A stretch of DNA of 63,668 nucleotides, counting the filler, from Bigelowiella natans CCMP2755 (lineage: Eukaryota > Protista > Cercozoa), in assembly GCA_000320545.1 (NCBI GenBank). It is 4 parts of 4 records of this genome, joined end to end, with 100 filler letters (N's around TTAATTAATTAA, not from the genome) between each part and the next. Parts side by side here need not be neighbours in the genome. Positions count along the whole stretch, not along the records: positions 4,164 to 32,231 come from ADNK01001409.1; 3 more parts are not named here. The stretch is one strand, 5' to 3'. A model generated the notes under the pieces. The model was not told where the DNA came from. It searched no databases and worked only from the letters and a program-made list of their open reading frames with translations. Below, one piece after another: positions 9,901 through 22,158 of this stretch; the stretch's first letter is position 1, and every line of letters starts with the position of its first letter. The position numbers and the translations under genes were made by a program.

Positions 9901-11428
9901 GAAAAGGCGTTCTCTAATGTGAAGGGAGATGGAACTCCTGAAACAGGGAAAGACTCTCCAGCAAATGGACAGACTGTCAAAGAAGACAATTCTAAACCAA
10001 AGCATCCACCCACTCCGGCGAATATATCTCGAAAAGAGGAGCCAGATATAAAGATTGATCTGAATGCGAAGCCTGAAGGTAATCCAAGTCCCGGCAAAAG
10101 ACCTCTGTCCCCAGGCCACCGTAGCTCACTTATTCCACTGTCTCCAATGGCACTAAAGAGATTTGCAGGTGGCGGCACATTCATATTTAATTCACTTCCT
10201 TCATAAGTTGACATGCATTGGACATACACCCAAAATAAATCCGTCGATAATAGGGCACCGGCGAGCGGCATCTTCAAAAACAGGGTATTCAAATTAGAGA
10301 TTTGGGCTTGAATTCATTGTTTATTGGAGATGTTTTCGTCAGAGCAACATATCTCCCTGACGTAAAATGCACACTTCGAAAGCAGAATAGATGGGGAAGA
10401 TGGCAATTGAGGTTTCTTGATGAATGATTTTATGAGCAAAGATGAGTTAATTGAAAAGTCTAAATTTGCTTGCGGTTCTAGGTTCATAAAATTGCACAAT
10501 TTTACTCTTTTCTACTGGTACCAATATCATTTCTTTCTCTAAAGCCTAAAGAAGTATTTATACTGACGACTTCACATATTCTGATTACAAACTATACAAC
10601 AGTCCATATGATAACGCTTTGGAAAGTGACGAACATCTAGAATCGCTTGAGGAAAAGCTTCTAAGAAGCGGAGAGCTTCGTAAAAAATACTTTAAATGAC
10701 GTTACTCAAACTCTCAAACAATATACACTCACAGGCGATCCAGAAACAGAGATAACAATAGTTCCTCTTGAGGTACAGATATCCACGTACTGAAATCAAG
10801 TTTCTTTAACTTGTGACACAAAATGATAAATATAGGTGATCGAAATGTTCCAATTCAAGAAGAACAGAGTAAAAAAATTTGTATTTGTGTTCGTGTTTTG
10901 TAAACCATACTTTAAAGAGTTTCCACCTCAGGTCCTCCTCCGGTTTACCAAAAATTCTGGAAGAAAACAGATGAAATTCAAGGTTACCGGCGAAAATGTT
11001 TTGATAAGTGAATTGTAAATTAAACCAAGCATTTTCCACTTTGTTAGCCATGCTCAAAGAATCCTTTCGCCGCAGCGAAAATTGTCAGTGACATGCAGCA
11101 GCATCTTGATCTATACCGGTGACTTTTCACTTCGATATCCATTTGGAAAAAGTCCAAAAAAACGGACAGCAATCCGAAGCTTAGAGTAATATTTTTATCA
11201 CATTAAAACAGAGAGATTGATGGTGACTTATCGGCGGTATCGGAGATTCGGAAAAAACTTAGAGGACGTCAGGCACACAGTACTGACAATTTGTTCTCTC
11301 GAGAGGGCAGCAAGACACAAGGTAGCTCGACGGGTCACTCGGGTACACATGATCATGAGAAGCCACAATCTCTACGACGTCCTCTCTCGACTCCGCCTCA
11401 CCAAAATGTCAATGCTGAGACGCTTTGA
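3193..11428 (+). CDS. Large multi-exon proline-rich adaptor-like protein with a C-terminal PH-like domain, interrupted by the LTR element (true start probably ~2450-2900)
   Basis: Exon 3193-~3585 (...REHARLL|gt) splices in phase to ~3719 (ag|RRMAEYVEASATKLETG...). After the LTR, an acceptor at 8337-8338 opens a PPPPVPDE-repeat exon. Later exons: WSQAAVDFAREAELRSVEEFERELNDLF (~9475-9603), 9658-~10180, PH-like GDPETEITIVPLE|VIEMFQFKKNRVKKF|VLLRFTKNSGRKQMKFK (~10735-10983), and a last exon EIDGDLSAVSEIRKK...NAETL* with stop at 11426-11428. Joining across the gap is inferred. Confidence 0.55.
4064..4163. other. Scaffold gap with artificial six-frame stop spacer (TTAATTAATTAA, 4108-4119)
   Basis: N-run with an embedded 12-mer identical to those in the other two gaps. 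Confidence 0.97.
4199..7993 (+). CDS. pol: Gag(C-terminal)-Pol polyprotein: protease, RT, RNase H, integrase, SH3/GPY-like module, Dam-like C-terminal domain
   Basis: Protease ALWDSGS; RT SLDKNESY, FPYGL, YVDD; RNase H TDWS, KGEY, TDHKPL, LADYFSR; integrase AHGPAH...CRC, QID, HVDNE, SNSKVER; GQYVRAK...DPFWGG module. The frame is open back to the gap (KTAETEERRPSM), so the true start is upstream. Confidence 0.93.
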   Translation: MTIRQLNEHYEKLKRKKGRGQGYNNSKWQGSNNGKNNKYKNKKQNSINAIQQQINGILDHLKQAPTKTAVPATQDQDKPMTLDDIKNLGVCNINDEDANRTIKVAMTKVKVKDSYGDYKKLPALWDSGSMPKSFISLSTVRRLGLLDQVTKKERKYAQADGSSSMKTVGELMLKLQIPGSDAETQIKTRVAMTLSMELLLGQDALEKLGGIISFYNHKIYFAKLPKKSGRTISQNMIRLDEWTSESSVNALEFMDLADNKLPTPTELRKKNPGKTIRQITELLDKTPPADDWDIDKGKKYINKILNEKYSDITKPTTKPSSKLTPVKIELKKGYEECIINDPEHRRPEADWEKIEWQINEWAKEGKIEPSNSPWNVRHVLAKKPTYPFFRLAHNFIRHNRVIKRIQTPTPRIDDVIEHVIGYKYYSSLDKNESYMQTPIHKTSRPITAFSSRHRKWHFVVFPYGLSISGDAFSSQNYRAYTHDGMASVLWVFVFVYVDDDIICTNTVVAQIFLLENIFIRFAHFGFTIRLQKCTFLATRIKWCGYYLEQGRITPNPEKVAALQQAPKPKNAKELKSFLQTAAWILRRFSPTYARTAAAFTTAYRKENSVGLSFAKVWAKAGLDAHFDNLIKLCSNTLLNAKLDTTRPATLWTDWSKLGMAAVLTQDQQIIRVWGRACTAAEAKYSPTKGEYKAMTEAQRKLRYYLLSVPSFTLMTDHKPLLGIDRKLEAPNDEYAAMRADTEEFRDKRTVVYAPGDKQLADYFSRLFEKKVPTQVTPMVNAITFEDGDFLPEPEELQHLQEHLDKYKHKHEVLSDRIYVYTNNVRRTYVPRRTRGALLFTAHGPAHVGENHITALLYHYYWPYKLKEIRTYLRGCRCSSLKAAGVATKESSKSRASKKIKARNFLDIVQIDVYKYDGYHYLTFVDVATGKCWVKKIIKVNVAKKNKGLYKQRLTNCYRTWESELQAIPDEVSINKIPKKLHVDNETSLLQLPHPNIDASPVYYAQSNSKVERLHRTLANLSRINSTTPDKIQGLVNDTFTSGGGIKDKEREEGDDNDDDTESEDEKVPYDGRVLKEGQYVRAKVNLRSRNKQDPFWGGVAKVTERKGRKQYYIYDGNRVTLRHISHLKNYDIGEKLLEDVKVNPTVWERAMPCLGPRPKFDVEYGNNKVRVNDDWRMKIVYLGYPGLRNMERVAMKIKDGKYQLLYLAVPDLPFEHWYKVLGDLDAEGWYGHEPKDEGEFWVSDKGDKVREESITWWLVKFRKR
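8045..8289 (+). repeat. Putative 3' LTR (~245 bp)
   Basis: Starts TGTAG directly after GGGGGAGG and ends CTCTTCA. Duplicated TTTAATAAAAATA poly(A) signals lie near its end. The 5' partner is not visible, so the boundaries cannot be confirmed by LTR-LTR identity. Confidence 0.7.
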
Positions 11429-11499
11429 TGAGCCAGATAAGAAAATAATTGGATTTGAGGAATGTCATTCACCACGAGTGATCGTTTCAAGTAGTGTAG

Positions 11500-12510
11500 G
11501 ATGATTGAGTTGTCTTTACCAGCTGTCGCAATCAAATGCATGTGTTGTTTTAGACTTGAATGGCGCGCATTTCGCGCAGCAGAACTCGATGCACAAGCCT
11601 CATTTTCACGACGTCAGCTCTGCTAGAGCCACGAGCTGATGATGATCACTTGAGCACGATGCTAAGTACGTCTGTCTGTGCGTGACGATGCGCTCCCGAC
11701 TTACGATTCCAAGCAACGTCACATTCTTTTAACAAATTCAACAACCAAGACAAAATCGATCTAAATGTGCATATCTAGATGTCTAGATGTGTGCATGTCT
11801 GCTAGACATGCACATGCGCACCATTCAAGACCGAAACAACACACATTTAATTGCATGAAACACATCATAGCGGACACCAACAGATTCAAAATTAGCGCAG
11901 TAGCCGCTGCATTGCACAGCTGCATGATGATGACCATTGAACAAATTCAATTTGATGCATCACATCCGTCTTGCGTGTCTAGATGTGCACACATGCATGT
12001 GTGCACACCTAGACACATGCAGCATGCTAGCATGCACTGTGCATTCAGCTGCATGAAACACATCATTGCTAGATTGCTGAAACCAACAGATTTGACATTA
12101 GCTAGATTAGCGCTTGTTGTAGCCGCTGCATTGTGAATTGCACAGCTACATGAAGATGACCATTGAGCAAATTCAATTGATCAATTGCATCCCTCATCTT
12201 GCATGTGCATGTGCGATGCATACGTGCATGCACACACACCTACACACACACACACACATTCAGCTGTCATTACATCCATCTCATGCATGTGTACATGCGT
12301 GCACACATGTGCATGTGCATGTGACCAACAGATTTAACATTAGAGTTGTAGCCGCCGCATTGCACAGCTACATAAGGATGACTATTGAGCAGATTTAATT
12401 GATAATTACATCCGTCTTATATGCGTATACATTATGAACAACATAAACGCTTTAGCCGCTGCTTTGCATGCATAGCTACATTAGGATTACTATTGAAATG
12501 ATTTAATCAC
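11500..12510. repeat. Intergenic purine/pyrimidine-alternating island with 4 degenerate tandem units
   Basis: Core TAGCCGCTGCATTG...CACAGCTACAT...GATGAC(C/T)ATTGA recurs at ~11901, 12120, 12349 and 12453; background rich in TGCA/CATG. Confidence 0.8.
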
Positions 12511-12537
12511 TTCATTGCATTCGTCTCATATAATATA

Positions 12538-12587
<50 letters not shown>

Positions 12588-12643
12588 ATACATATTTTCT
12601 GCGTCCACAATCGCACGCATGTATGCTTTGCACACCGCTACCA

Positions 12644-13150
12644 TCAAATGAAAAATTGCTGAAGTGCACGCTTGAGCCTCGCGATATGCCCAGGTTTCAT
12701 CTTGAAAATGTCGACGGCCCAAGCTTTGAAGCCAGAGCCATCATCCAGGGAGAGCGTGTCCATTGCCTTCTCAGTAGTAGCCTATTCGTATGTGAGAAGA
12801 TGACGTGTGTATATACTGCTACTGCGACAACAAGACGAGTAATAGCTGGAGTATTACCAAACACCGTCCCACGCACGTCTAAGGGCACGTACGTGGACAA
12901 TATGTAGAATATGCCATGTACAACATATACGCATATAAGTCTAACCCCGATACTATTACTACTAGAGAATCTGAAATAAGCAGAGAACTACGGATGAAAC
13001 CTCTTTCTCTTCGGCAACTTCAAGGTATTCCTCTAATCGCAGTTTAGTGAGGATAGCGCCTAGCTTGGGAAGCAAATTCGTATTATCCTGCACACAAATA
13101 TAGAGACTATATATGCAGCGATCAAATTACAAATACACGATTCTCTTCAG

Positions 13151-13201
<51 letters not shown>

Positions 13202-13221
13202 TGAGCTCGGTGCGACCGGTA

Positions 13222-13261
<40 letters not shown>

Positions 13262-13802
13262 TTTGATTGCCATCTGTGCATAAGCATGAGTACCTTAAAG
13301 ACGTGTATGAGTTGGGCGCGACGAGACACGGATATACCAATGAGGCCTCTATTCGGTAGGCGCGCTAGATTCATTCCTCCCAAGTTCTCATGACACGATT
13401 CCATAATACACTCGAATCTGAGAATAATATTGCGTATTTACTTGATGCATGTTTCTGTATCCGATAAGGAAGTCCCATTAGCAGTGACGCTAATTCAGGA
13501 CGAAGGGGAGGAGGGTATTTTCTATTAGTGACATCGACGCTATCTAATATCATGGAAATTATTAGTTCTCACATTCTATCGTCAGGGAAAAAACGCCAAA
13601 TTCTCATCGACGTGCTGGTCACTGTCACTACCGCAGTAGATTTGCCCTTGAGGGTGATGAAGTCCATACCATCAATAAACCTAAGACATTAGTAAGCAGG
13701 GCGACAAATGGCGCAACACGCGTTTCCAAATACACTTAGGCGGGGGAATGACAACCATATCATATACATTCTATTCAGCTTTGAACAAGAAGCAAAAATG
13801 CG

Positions 13803-13882
<80 letters not shown>

Positions 13883-15208
13883 GGGGAAGGGAGCGAGAGA
13901 AGGAGGAAGGCAAGCGAGAAAGAGAGAGACAAAGAGAGTTATGGCGCCCCACCCTTTCTGGCCGGAGAGCTTTTGTATTTTCTCCCACTTTTTAGGAGCA
14001 GAATGGCCAAAAAGCAGCAGGTCCCCTCTTATGAAGCCTTTTTCCTTACGGTCTTCCCTGCATGCAGCGAGTACTAGATCTGTTCCCGGTACAAACAGAG
14101 CCCTATTGCTGTCTTTGATCGTTAGCATCTGTGAAGATGATGGTGATGATGATGAGAGATTGAACATATTACATAGAGGTGTAGGAGGAGGAGGAGGAGG
14201 AGGAGGAGGAGAAGTGTTTATTGGAGAAGAAGCAAAAGGAGAAGCAACAATGAACTGCCATTCAGGCATGCTCTCGTTCTTCTTTCCCCTTTTTCGCCTT
14301 CGCACCACTACCACCACCACCACAGCAAATGATATAAATATTACCTCAGTAAGACTGACAGCGTTGTCCTGGGACGAGTATGTGTTTTTCTCTTTTTCTG
14401 ATACATCGTAGATCCTTTGCCATTCACGGTCGCAGTTGATGAGGAGGAATCTGCACGGTTACCCGCAAAGACAGAGCTTCACATAAATGTGTATATTCGC
14501 GTACATATGCAGGCACACACACAAACACAAACACACACACACACACACTCACATATTCTTATGCTCAATGTGGTTGTGTGTGTTTTGCGAACTGGTTGGA
14601 GAAATAAGCTGCTTTGTAGTCCCAGTGCCCATCCTGCTTCATCACCTAGATGATACGATCAACTAGATTCATACAAACTGCTTTCTTAATGCAATATATG
14701 GCAGCATTTGACACTGCCAAGCAAATAAGTAACCATTTTCCATTTTCCATCCGAAGATGATCGCTTGAAGACTTTGAGAAGCATGTACCTTTTACAACAA
14801 AAGGGGCGGGGGAAGACGAGAAGAGGCGTGATGAAGAGAAACCGCTTAGTAGTTGTCACATGATCGCGTATTGAATGCAGTAGTCATGAGTATGCAAATT
14901 TCTTAATCATTTTTTGGGTGCATGCGTCCACGATAAAGCTCGATGCATTAGTGAGGTACCCGCACATAACCATCGTGTGCCCCTCAGGTGAGAACTCAAC
15001 GTTTGTGACCTAAGCACGAACACGCCACGCATCACGACACCACGTATCAATTTCAGTATATTTTGTTAACTTATACCTGGCTGTCAGGGTCGCCTAAAAT
15101 CTCCTCTTCCAGCGTAAAGCTGCTGCCGTCGTTACCAACTCGGAAGAGATTGATGTAGCTCCCTCCAGATGTGCACAACCCTGGCCATATTTTGTAGCGG
15201 TATTTTGA

Positions 15209-15252
<44 letters not shown>

Positions 15253-16450
15253 CATTGCTACTTTCCGCGTAGTACACGCTATGTTTGATAACATCACACA
15301 TGTTTGGCCAGAGGAAAGTCATCCTTTCTTATTACGATGTACAATCGGATCATTAGTAGGTTTACCCTTTTGGTCCGGAAGATATTTAAGACAGTACATG
15401 ATATTACTGTCGTATCGTCCCCCCTTAACTTCCTCAGTCTCGCTCCATACTCCCTCCTTATCTATTTATTGTCATCGATAGTAATAAAGTCATTCGCCTC
15501 GAGTTATCGAACATATATTCAGCATACTGTAGTAAAATCTAAATGAACATCAGTGCTACCGGGTTGATACTTGATAAGTTTCTGCGAACCCCCCGCAAGC
15601 ATGAATTTGCTGTCGGGGGAGAATGCGATTTTGTTGAAAGAGTGTTCCGCCGATATAGCCTTCTGAGCGGTCCAGCTCGTCCCTAAAATTATTGCGGTGC
15701 AAATAAGAGAAAACAGTGATTTTATTTATCAAAAACCAGCATTACCAGTTTTGCTGGTGAAGAAGCGGATAGTCTTATCCCAACCCTGCGGAGATTGTTA
15801 GGGTTTAAAGTATCCGTACAATTGGCGGTTCAGTAAAACTTTTAAGAGGGAGAGGGAGAGGGAAAGGAGCTCTGCTGCTTGACCGTCGTAACAATAGTGT
15901 TTCCGTCCGGGGAGATGCCATCTGCGGCAATTTTATGCTTCGAGGGAAAGCTGGTGACCAATCTGAACGCACATCTTTGGGTGAAAACGATTCGACAAAC
16001 GGTGTCAAGTGAATGGGATCAGAAAAAGTGCAAGGTAAGAAATGTTATTCCAGCCTTCTTGTCCTGCAAGGTTGACTTTGGATGAAAGAAACAAAAATCT
16101 CAACTTTAGGATCGAGTTCTGGTCGTGTGCTTGAAGTTCTTCCTTGCTCGACATTAGGGTTGGTCTTGTCCTTTCTCTCGCGATTGGAAAATGAGTTGTT
16201 GTTCTTCGCTAAACAGAGAGGAGGTGGGGACTAGATAGATGTTGGTACTATTCCGAACAGATAATAATATCGACATAAATCGATATATCAACATGCCGTT
16301 TGTCATCTGCGACATCAAACTTCATTCAAATGCCAAAAAAACGGACCGGCAAAGTCCAGGGTTGAATCTGGGATCCTGCCCGTGTTCGTCCACTCATTCA
16401 TTCCTCCTCCCTGTCAACCATTGAAGCCTTCTGCAGGAGCCAAATGGAGG
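12644..16450 (-). CDS. WD40-repeat protein with a C-terminal SAM domain (WDSUB1-like order, no U-box seen); start approximate
   Basis: Spliced exons give GISPDGNTIVTT|GWDKTIRFFTSKT|GTSWTAQKAISAEHSFNKIAFSPDSKFMLAGGSQKLIK, LKYLPDQKGLCTSGGSYINLFRV, VTSTSMRIWRFF, and the SAM-like LGAILTKLRLEEYLEVAEEKE|ATTEKAMDTLSLDDG...MKPGHIARLKRALQQFFI* (stop 12644-12646). Confidence 0.75.
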
Positions 16451-16497
16451 AAAAGGAGGCACCAGCCACGAGGGGAAGTGTATGTGTGTGTTTGTCC

Positions 16498-16535
<38 letters not shown>

Positions 16536-16619
16536 ATTCCGCAGTTGCAATCACGATGGCTCTTGAGACTTTGTCAGGCTTGCTCTGATGACGAATGCCC
16601 TCACTGTGTGACACGGGCG

Positions 16620-17215
16620 CAGCGCTGGAGCACGGCATTGTCGTTAACTGCTACTAGCTAGCTAGCTAGACCGCTCTAGTGCTGAGCACGCATGTGGCAC
16701 AACACACTTTGTTCATTCACGGTGTCACACGACACGCGTGTGCACACGTGCAAATCGATGCAAGCAAAGCACTCACACGCATCGCTAGTGCAGCATTCAT
16801 GAGCTGCCGGTCTAGCCATTCCATGTGTCTGCATGTACGATAACCATTGTCGATCCAACTCCTCGCGACATCGCACCATCATGCTGCACTCACACTTCGA
16901 TCCTCATGGCAGCAGCCCATGCAATGTGTGAAATCTGGATGAACACTGCAATCATTGCACAATGTGCGACACGTGTCAGGTGCCATTTTGTGGGTCGGCC
17001 AGCAATACCAAAATGGCACACGTGGCTCCGTGCACGCTGGCGATCGATGCGAATGCATGTGTGCATCTCAGGATCGAGCATGATCATGGCGGTGCCATCT
17101 GATGCCTCGTTGCTGTTATTTCCGTCAGTCCCATCATGCAATGTCTGGCTAAGCTGCACACACTTAATAAATCAATGTGTGCATGCATCTGCTAAATGCA
17201 TTTGGCTCGTCACAT

Positions 17216-17220
<5 letters not shown>
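16620..17220. repeat. Intergenic purine/pyrimidine-alternating island
   Basis: Dense TGCA/CATG/CACGTG/GCTAGC words; no credible ORF; followed by a (CA)n tract. Confidence 0.7.
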
Positions 17221-17254
<34 letters not shown>

Positions 17255-17471
17255 GCGCGCGATGTGCGACGATGTCTGAGCTACATTTGAACAATTTGAT
17301 AATGACTCCTTCATATATTGTCGTAATCGTTTTCATGCATGTCACAACGGTACCAAATATGAATTCGATATAGAATGCACATAGTCGAGTGTGTATGTGA
17401 GCAGATACGATCTTTCACACATATGTTAACTCTGATTTTCGAAAATATACATATAATAAATAAATATGTGT

Positions 17472-17510
<39 letters not shown>

Positions 17511-17604
17511 TCACAAAATTCCTCACATCACCAATATTTCGATGGAATAAGAAGGAAGTGATAATTTACATGCAATACTGAGATCGATTATCCGTATCCA
17601 TTCT

Positions 17605-18530
17605 TCATTTAACACTTTTAGAAATGTTAAGATCTGCAAGCTTTTTCTGTTCAGACTGTGAAGTACCATGTTATATGAAATCACTGTATGACTGTAAAAT
17701 GAGACATAAACTGGCTTTTACCTCGAGCGCTCTGGCTTCGTAGACTGCAACAACAATTCCGTGCTTGTTTTTGGTGCCCTGTTGAATCTGGTGAGTAAAA
17801 TGGCGATAAATTCAAAATTACTTCTACCTCGCCCCTGAGCCCGATATAATTGATCTGTATGGTCTTGCCATCTTCGTCATCCTCGTTATCTGGGGAGATC
17901 CCCGAAAAAAACATAGTCAAGCTTGAAGTATTTTGGAACTTAGAATTCTTGACAAGGTATTGCACGGAACCGTCCTTATCATAGGAAAGGTCAAATTCTT
18001 GGTCGCAACTGACGTCCTCGGCGTTATCAAAATCAATATCATCCCTGTTTTTCCATAGTTTTACATGTCTTGGGGTAATTCTTTCATTTCCACCAATGAC
18101 CGTGAAAGATTTTAGTTTCACCTTCGATGTTATCAATGGAGGGTTTGTAAATGTCAACTGAAGAAGGGATTCGGTGAACCTGGACAGTGAAGGGAATGTG
18201 TATGATCAATTCTCCATCTTCGGCAGATTGGACCACCTGAAAAGAACTGTCAATGATTATTGGTTCCATGTTAGATCAGGTCTATATACCTTTGAGTCAT
18301 CTTCTCTGTCATCCCACGGTTTGATGACATTCTTCGCAGACCCCTCCTTCTTCTCGTTCAACCCTTTTACTAACAATTGCGAAATTCATGAGAACTCGAC
18401 CTCGACACAGCATCATCGTGTTACCTTTGTCAGTATCTATCTGAGGATACAAGGTTCCTCCGTGGTCCTCGTATTCTTTCCCATCCGAGGTATAGTGTAC
18501 GTGATCGCTGCATCCTCCGTGAGGGGGCAT
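17605..18530 (-). CDS. PITHD1: PITH domain-containing protein 1
   Basis: MPPHGGCSDH...TLYPQIDTDK; VQSAEDGELIIHIPFT; VKLKSFTVIGG...HVKLWKNRDDIDFDNAEDVSCDQEFDL...SKFQNTSSLTMFF...INYIGLRGE; HGIVVAVYEARALE. These match the PITH pattern; no thioredoxin domain upstream. Confidence 0.9.
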
Positions 18531-18774
18531 GATGATGTTCTGAGGCTGAAAAGCAGTAAAAATAAATGAAAAATATGTCCAAATAGGTTGTCGCATAGAA
18601 AAAATAACCACAGATTTTCCTAGAGCACCTCGGAATTTGCGCATTGCGAGTGCGACCAGCTGCTTCTGTTTTCTTCCAGTTACGAGTACGGAAATTTCCC
18701 TAAGAAAGCAGTTTACATGTAAAGTTTTTCACAAGTGATGTCGTAGAATAAAAAGGTATCCCCATTTTTCGTCG

Positions 18775-19531
18775 CATGGAAACTTTCGGAATTTTTTGCT
18801 CGTATTTTGGCTTCCAGGAGCACTTTCCGGTTACATATACAAAAGTATAAGCCGAATTCTTCACTGATAAGATGTGCCTAATCCTTGTCACACACATGTA
18901 AATGGCCACAAATGTCGTAAATTCGTTCTGAGATATGAGCTTGAAACCTACCCCTCCAAGTAAATATAAAAATAAGATCATTTTTCTGAAAGCGACAGGG
19001 AAAATATGCAAAGAATTATCACCGTTATCCTCGTACGAGCACGGGCGCCAACGGTGTCAACTGACTGAGCTTCATCTTGGGATGGATTATGAGAGAGACG
19101 TCTCGCAGTCTTATCTCACCTTGCCCGAATGGCATCTGGTCGACCTCGTTCAAGAACGGCAACTTCCTGGTCCAAACCCCATGGTTCCAATATCCTCATT
19201 TCACAAGTTTAGGGAGTTCTGGGTCTTGTGTTCGGAAACTTTCCAGAGATCGCTAGAAAGGATAAGAGCTTTGCCGAAACATGCTTTACTGAGTATGTTC
19301 ATATAAACGGAGTCATCGGGGCTATATTTACCATCATGTTTACGCTGTTGACTGTCATGGCTCTGACCCCTGGAACGATGTACAGTACAGGGGAGGAGAC
19401 GCATCTTAATTGTTGTCAGGAAGAAAGTTGTGAAGTCCGAGAAGATGTCAGATAGGAAGGAATCCGAGAAGAAATCCGAGGATGCATTTGACGAGAAAAA
19501 TTCATATTCGATGTTGACCAGAAGCATTTGA
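18775..19531 (+). CDS. Small multi-exon hypothetical protein (start approximate)
   Basis: GT-AG-bounded exons: YERDVSQSYLTLPEWHLVDLVQERQLPGPNPM, GLVFGNFPEIARKDKSFAETCFT, HRGYIYHHVYAVDCHGSDPWND, and KKVVKSEK...LTRSI* (stop 19529-19531). Confidence 0.45.
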
Positions 19532-19559
19532 ATGAGTTGTTTGCCATCGATGATAGGAT

Positions 19560-19900
19560 CCAAGCTAGGTGGATGAGATTGCGGAGCACATGATATAGCT
19601 CGTTGCCATCTGTACAGTTTGTACGTGTGCTGTGATAGACTTTCGTCTGTGCATCGGTACAGATGCACGCAGTTATCGCTAAGTGTGCACACGCATGCTA
19701 TATGCTATGCACGGAGCACATTGGTGAAAGTACTGCATGACCATGCACAGCATGCACCAGTGCACTTTGCTGTTTCCAATGTACCCACGTACGACATATC
19801 TTTTTGGTGCATGATTTCATGCGTTCATGCGTGTCATGACCTCCGCAGAAGCGCATATATGCTATGGTAGTTTGACATGCGGATCTACAAACCATGAATC
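19560..19900. repeat. Intergenic purine/pyrimidine-alternating island
   Basis: TGCA/CATG/GTAC-rich spacer between two convergent stop codons (19531 and 19930). Confidence 0.65.
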
Positions 19901-19929
19901 GAACCGCGATGCGAGGAGAAATTCTGGCT

Positions 19930-20441
19930 TCATTCTGTCGCCGCTTTAGACGGCACTGCATCCTGCTGCGCCTGTGTTTCATTCTGCTGCTGAGCATTCT
20001 GATTATTCTTCTGTTTTCTAAGAAGAATCTCACGAGTGGCCTCCACCATTATTCGTTTTGACTCCAGGTCGTACTTGAATCGAGACTCCTTTAGTCTCTG
20101 GACAATTTGATCACTACTTCTCCTTTCCCCTTGGATCTATTGGGAGGATCATTGACCATCCGCACAAAACGCAAAGACCAGGCGAAAAGAGAGGGGGGTC
20201 AGAAAAGAGGAAACAAGGTGCGATAAAGTCATCCACATCACACAAATCATCGATTCTCTTACACCGACAACCCCACTACCTGCGTAAAAGCTGCGCTCAA
20301 TGATGCTCGGAACTCATCCTCGTCATCCCCACCCCACATTCGCCTCAGTTCATCGGGATCAAACTGCCCGGAATAAAGGGAAGTAGAAGTAGCACCTTTT
20401 TTATGAGAACAGATACAAAATATGACAACTAAATATATGTG

Positions 20442-20519
<78 letters not shown>

Positions 20520-20534
20520 GACAGATAGGCAGAT

Positions 20535-20567
<33 letters not shown>

Positions 20568-21737
20568 GAGATGAATTGGGGTTGTTAGCGAGAGAGCACC
20601 TTTGTTATCCTCTGTCTTAGAAGAGGAATTGTCATCTTGTTGGCGTTCTGTAGCTGCCTTCTCTCTACTCAACATTCAACAGACATGGGCATATATATAT
20701 CAGTTCACAATGAAACTCCCCACATCCATCTCTGCATCGCTCACTTTTTGGCTCGCACCTTAGATACTTTTTGAGTTTGCTTTGATTCGCCTGAAAGAGA
20801 GGGCCCCAAGTTGCTTCGTCGACAACATCCTCCTATGGTTACCATCGGTTGTTTCGCTTTAGTACTATCAGTATGAATATAATAATATGTGGATTTTTGT
20901 GGCGACGCAAATGACACCGAAGAATAGACGCAAAGCTGAAACTTATAAAGAAATTCTTGGTGTTCATACATCATCATCATCGTCGTCGTCGTCTTTGCTG
21001 TCTGAAATCGCGGATCCATCCAATTTCCACAGGCTTGGCAGCCCTTTCTTCACTCTCTGCGTACATATGGACAAACATACACATGTTGAGACGTTGCGCG
21101 GAAGATCTATATTACATTTAGATAACTATTCTGTGGGTACTTTTGGATTGTAATTAGTCTCGGTCATGTATCTGTGATAACTCTAGGACAGTGTTTTCTT
21201 TTTAAATCTGCTTCAAAAACGCATAATCTCTCTTACTAGCATGGCGCTATCATCGTTCACGATCTTGTTATCCCGCAAATCCAGCTCCTCTAGGCTCTCC
21301 GGAAGGCTTTCTGACAATATTACGCGGAAATCAAGATGCGGAAACAGAACGCGATCACGGTGCTGATGAAACCCATATTACAACTGCAGACATGATTATC
21401 TATGCTTTATTGAACACTGATACCTGGCTGGAGCTCGGCGATGCGATTACCACAGAGCAACAACACCCTTCCGAAGCAGAGCGATCATAGCAAGATCAAG
21501 TTAGGAAGAGTAGGGGGAGGAAGGAGAGGGTTTGTGTTGAACATAGACTAGGAGAGGAGGGAATGGAGGGGAAAGGAGGAGCTCAGAGCAACTGTACTCA
21601 CTTCAACTTCTTGAGATGGCTGAGATTGTCGACCTGAACGAATAATAGGAGGAGGATAAGGAATACCGCAGAAAAGTAAGAAGGGACAAAAAAAAGTGCT
21701 ATGAAGCGGTCACACACGCACACACACACACACACAC

Positions 21738-21768
<31 letters not shown>

Positions 21769-22088
21769 TACTCTGTGGAAGCAGGACAGGTACTCATCAT
21801 CATCACCATCATCACCATCACCACCACCATCATCATCATCATCATATTTCACACTTTCTCTATTCGGTTGCGACTCAAATCCAGCAATTCTAGCAACGGT
21901 GCGTACTCTAAACCTGCGTGGTGACATAATATGGGAACCGAGTTCTGTCTGTTATAATACTCGTCGGAAACTAAAAACCAAAAAACGCAAAATGAAAGTA
22001 ACTTTGCCCTTCTACCTTGAATCTTCGTTATCTTGTTATCTTCAAGGTGGAGGTGGGTGATCTTATAAATAAAGTACAAAGAAAATTA

Positions 22089-22158
<70 letters not shown>

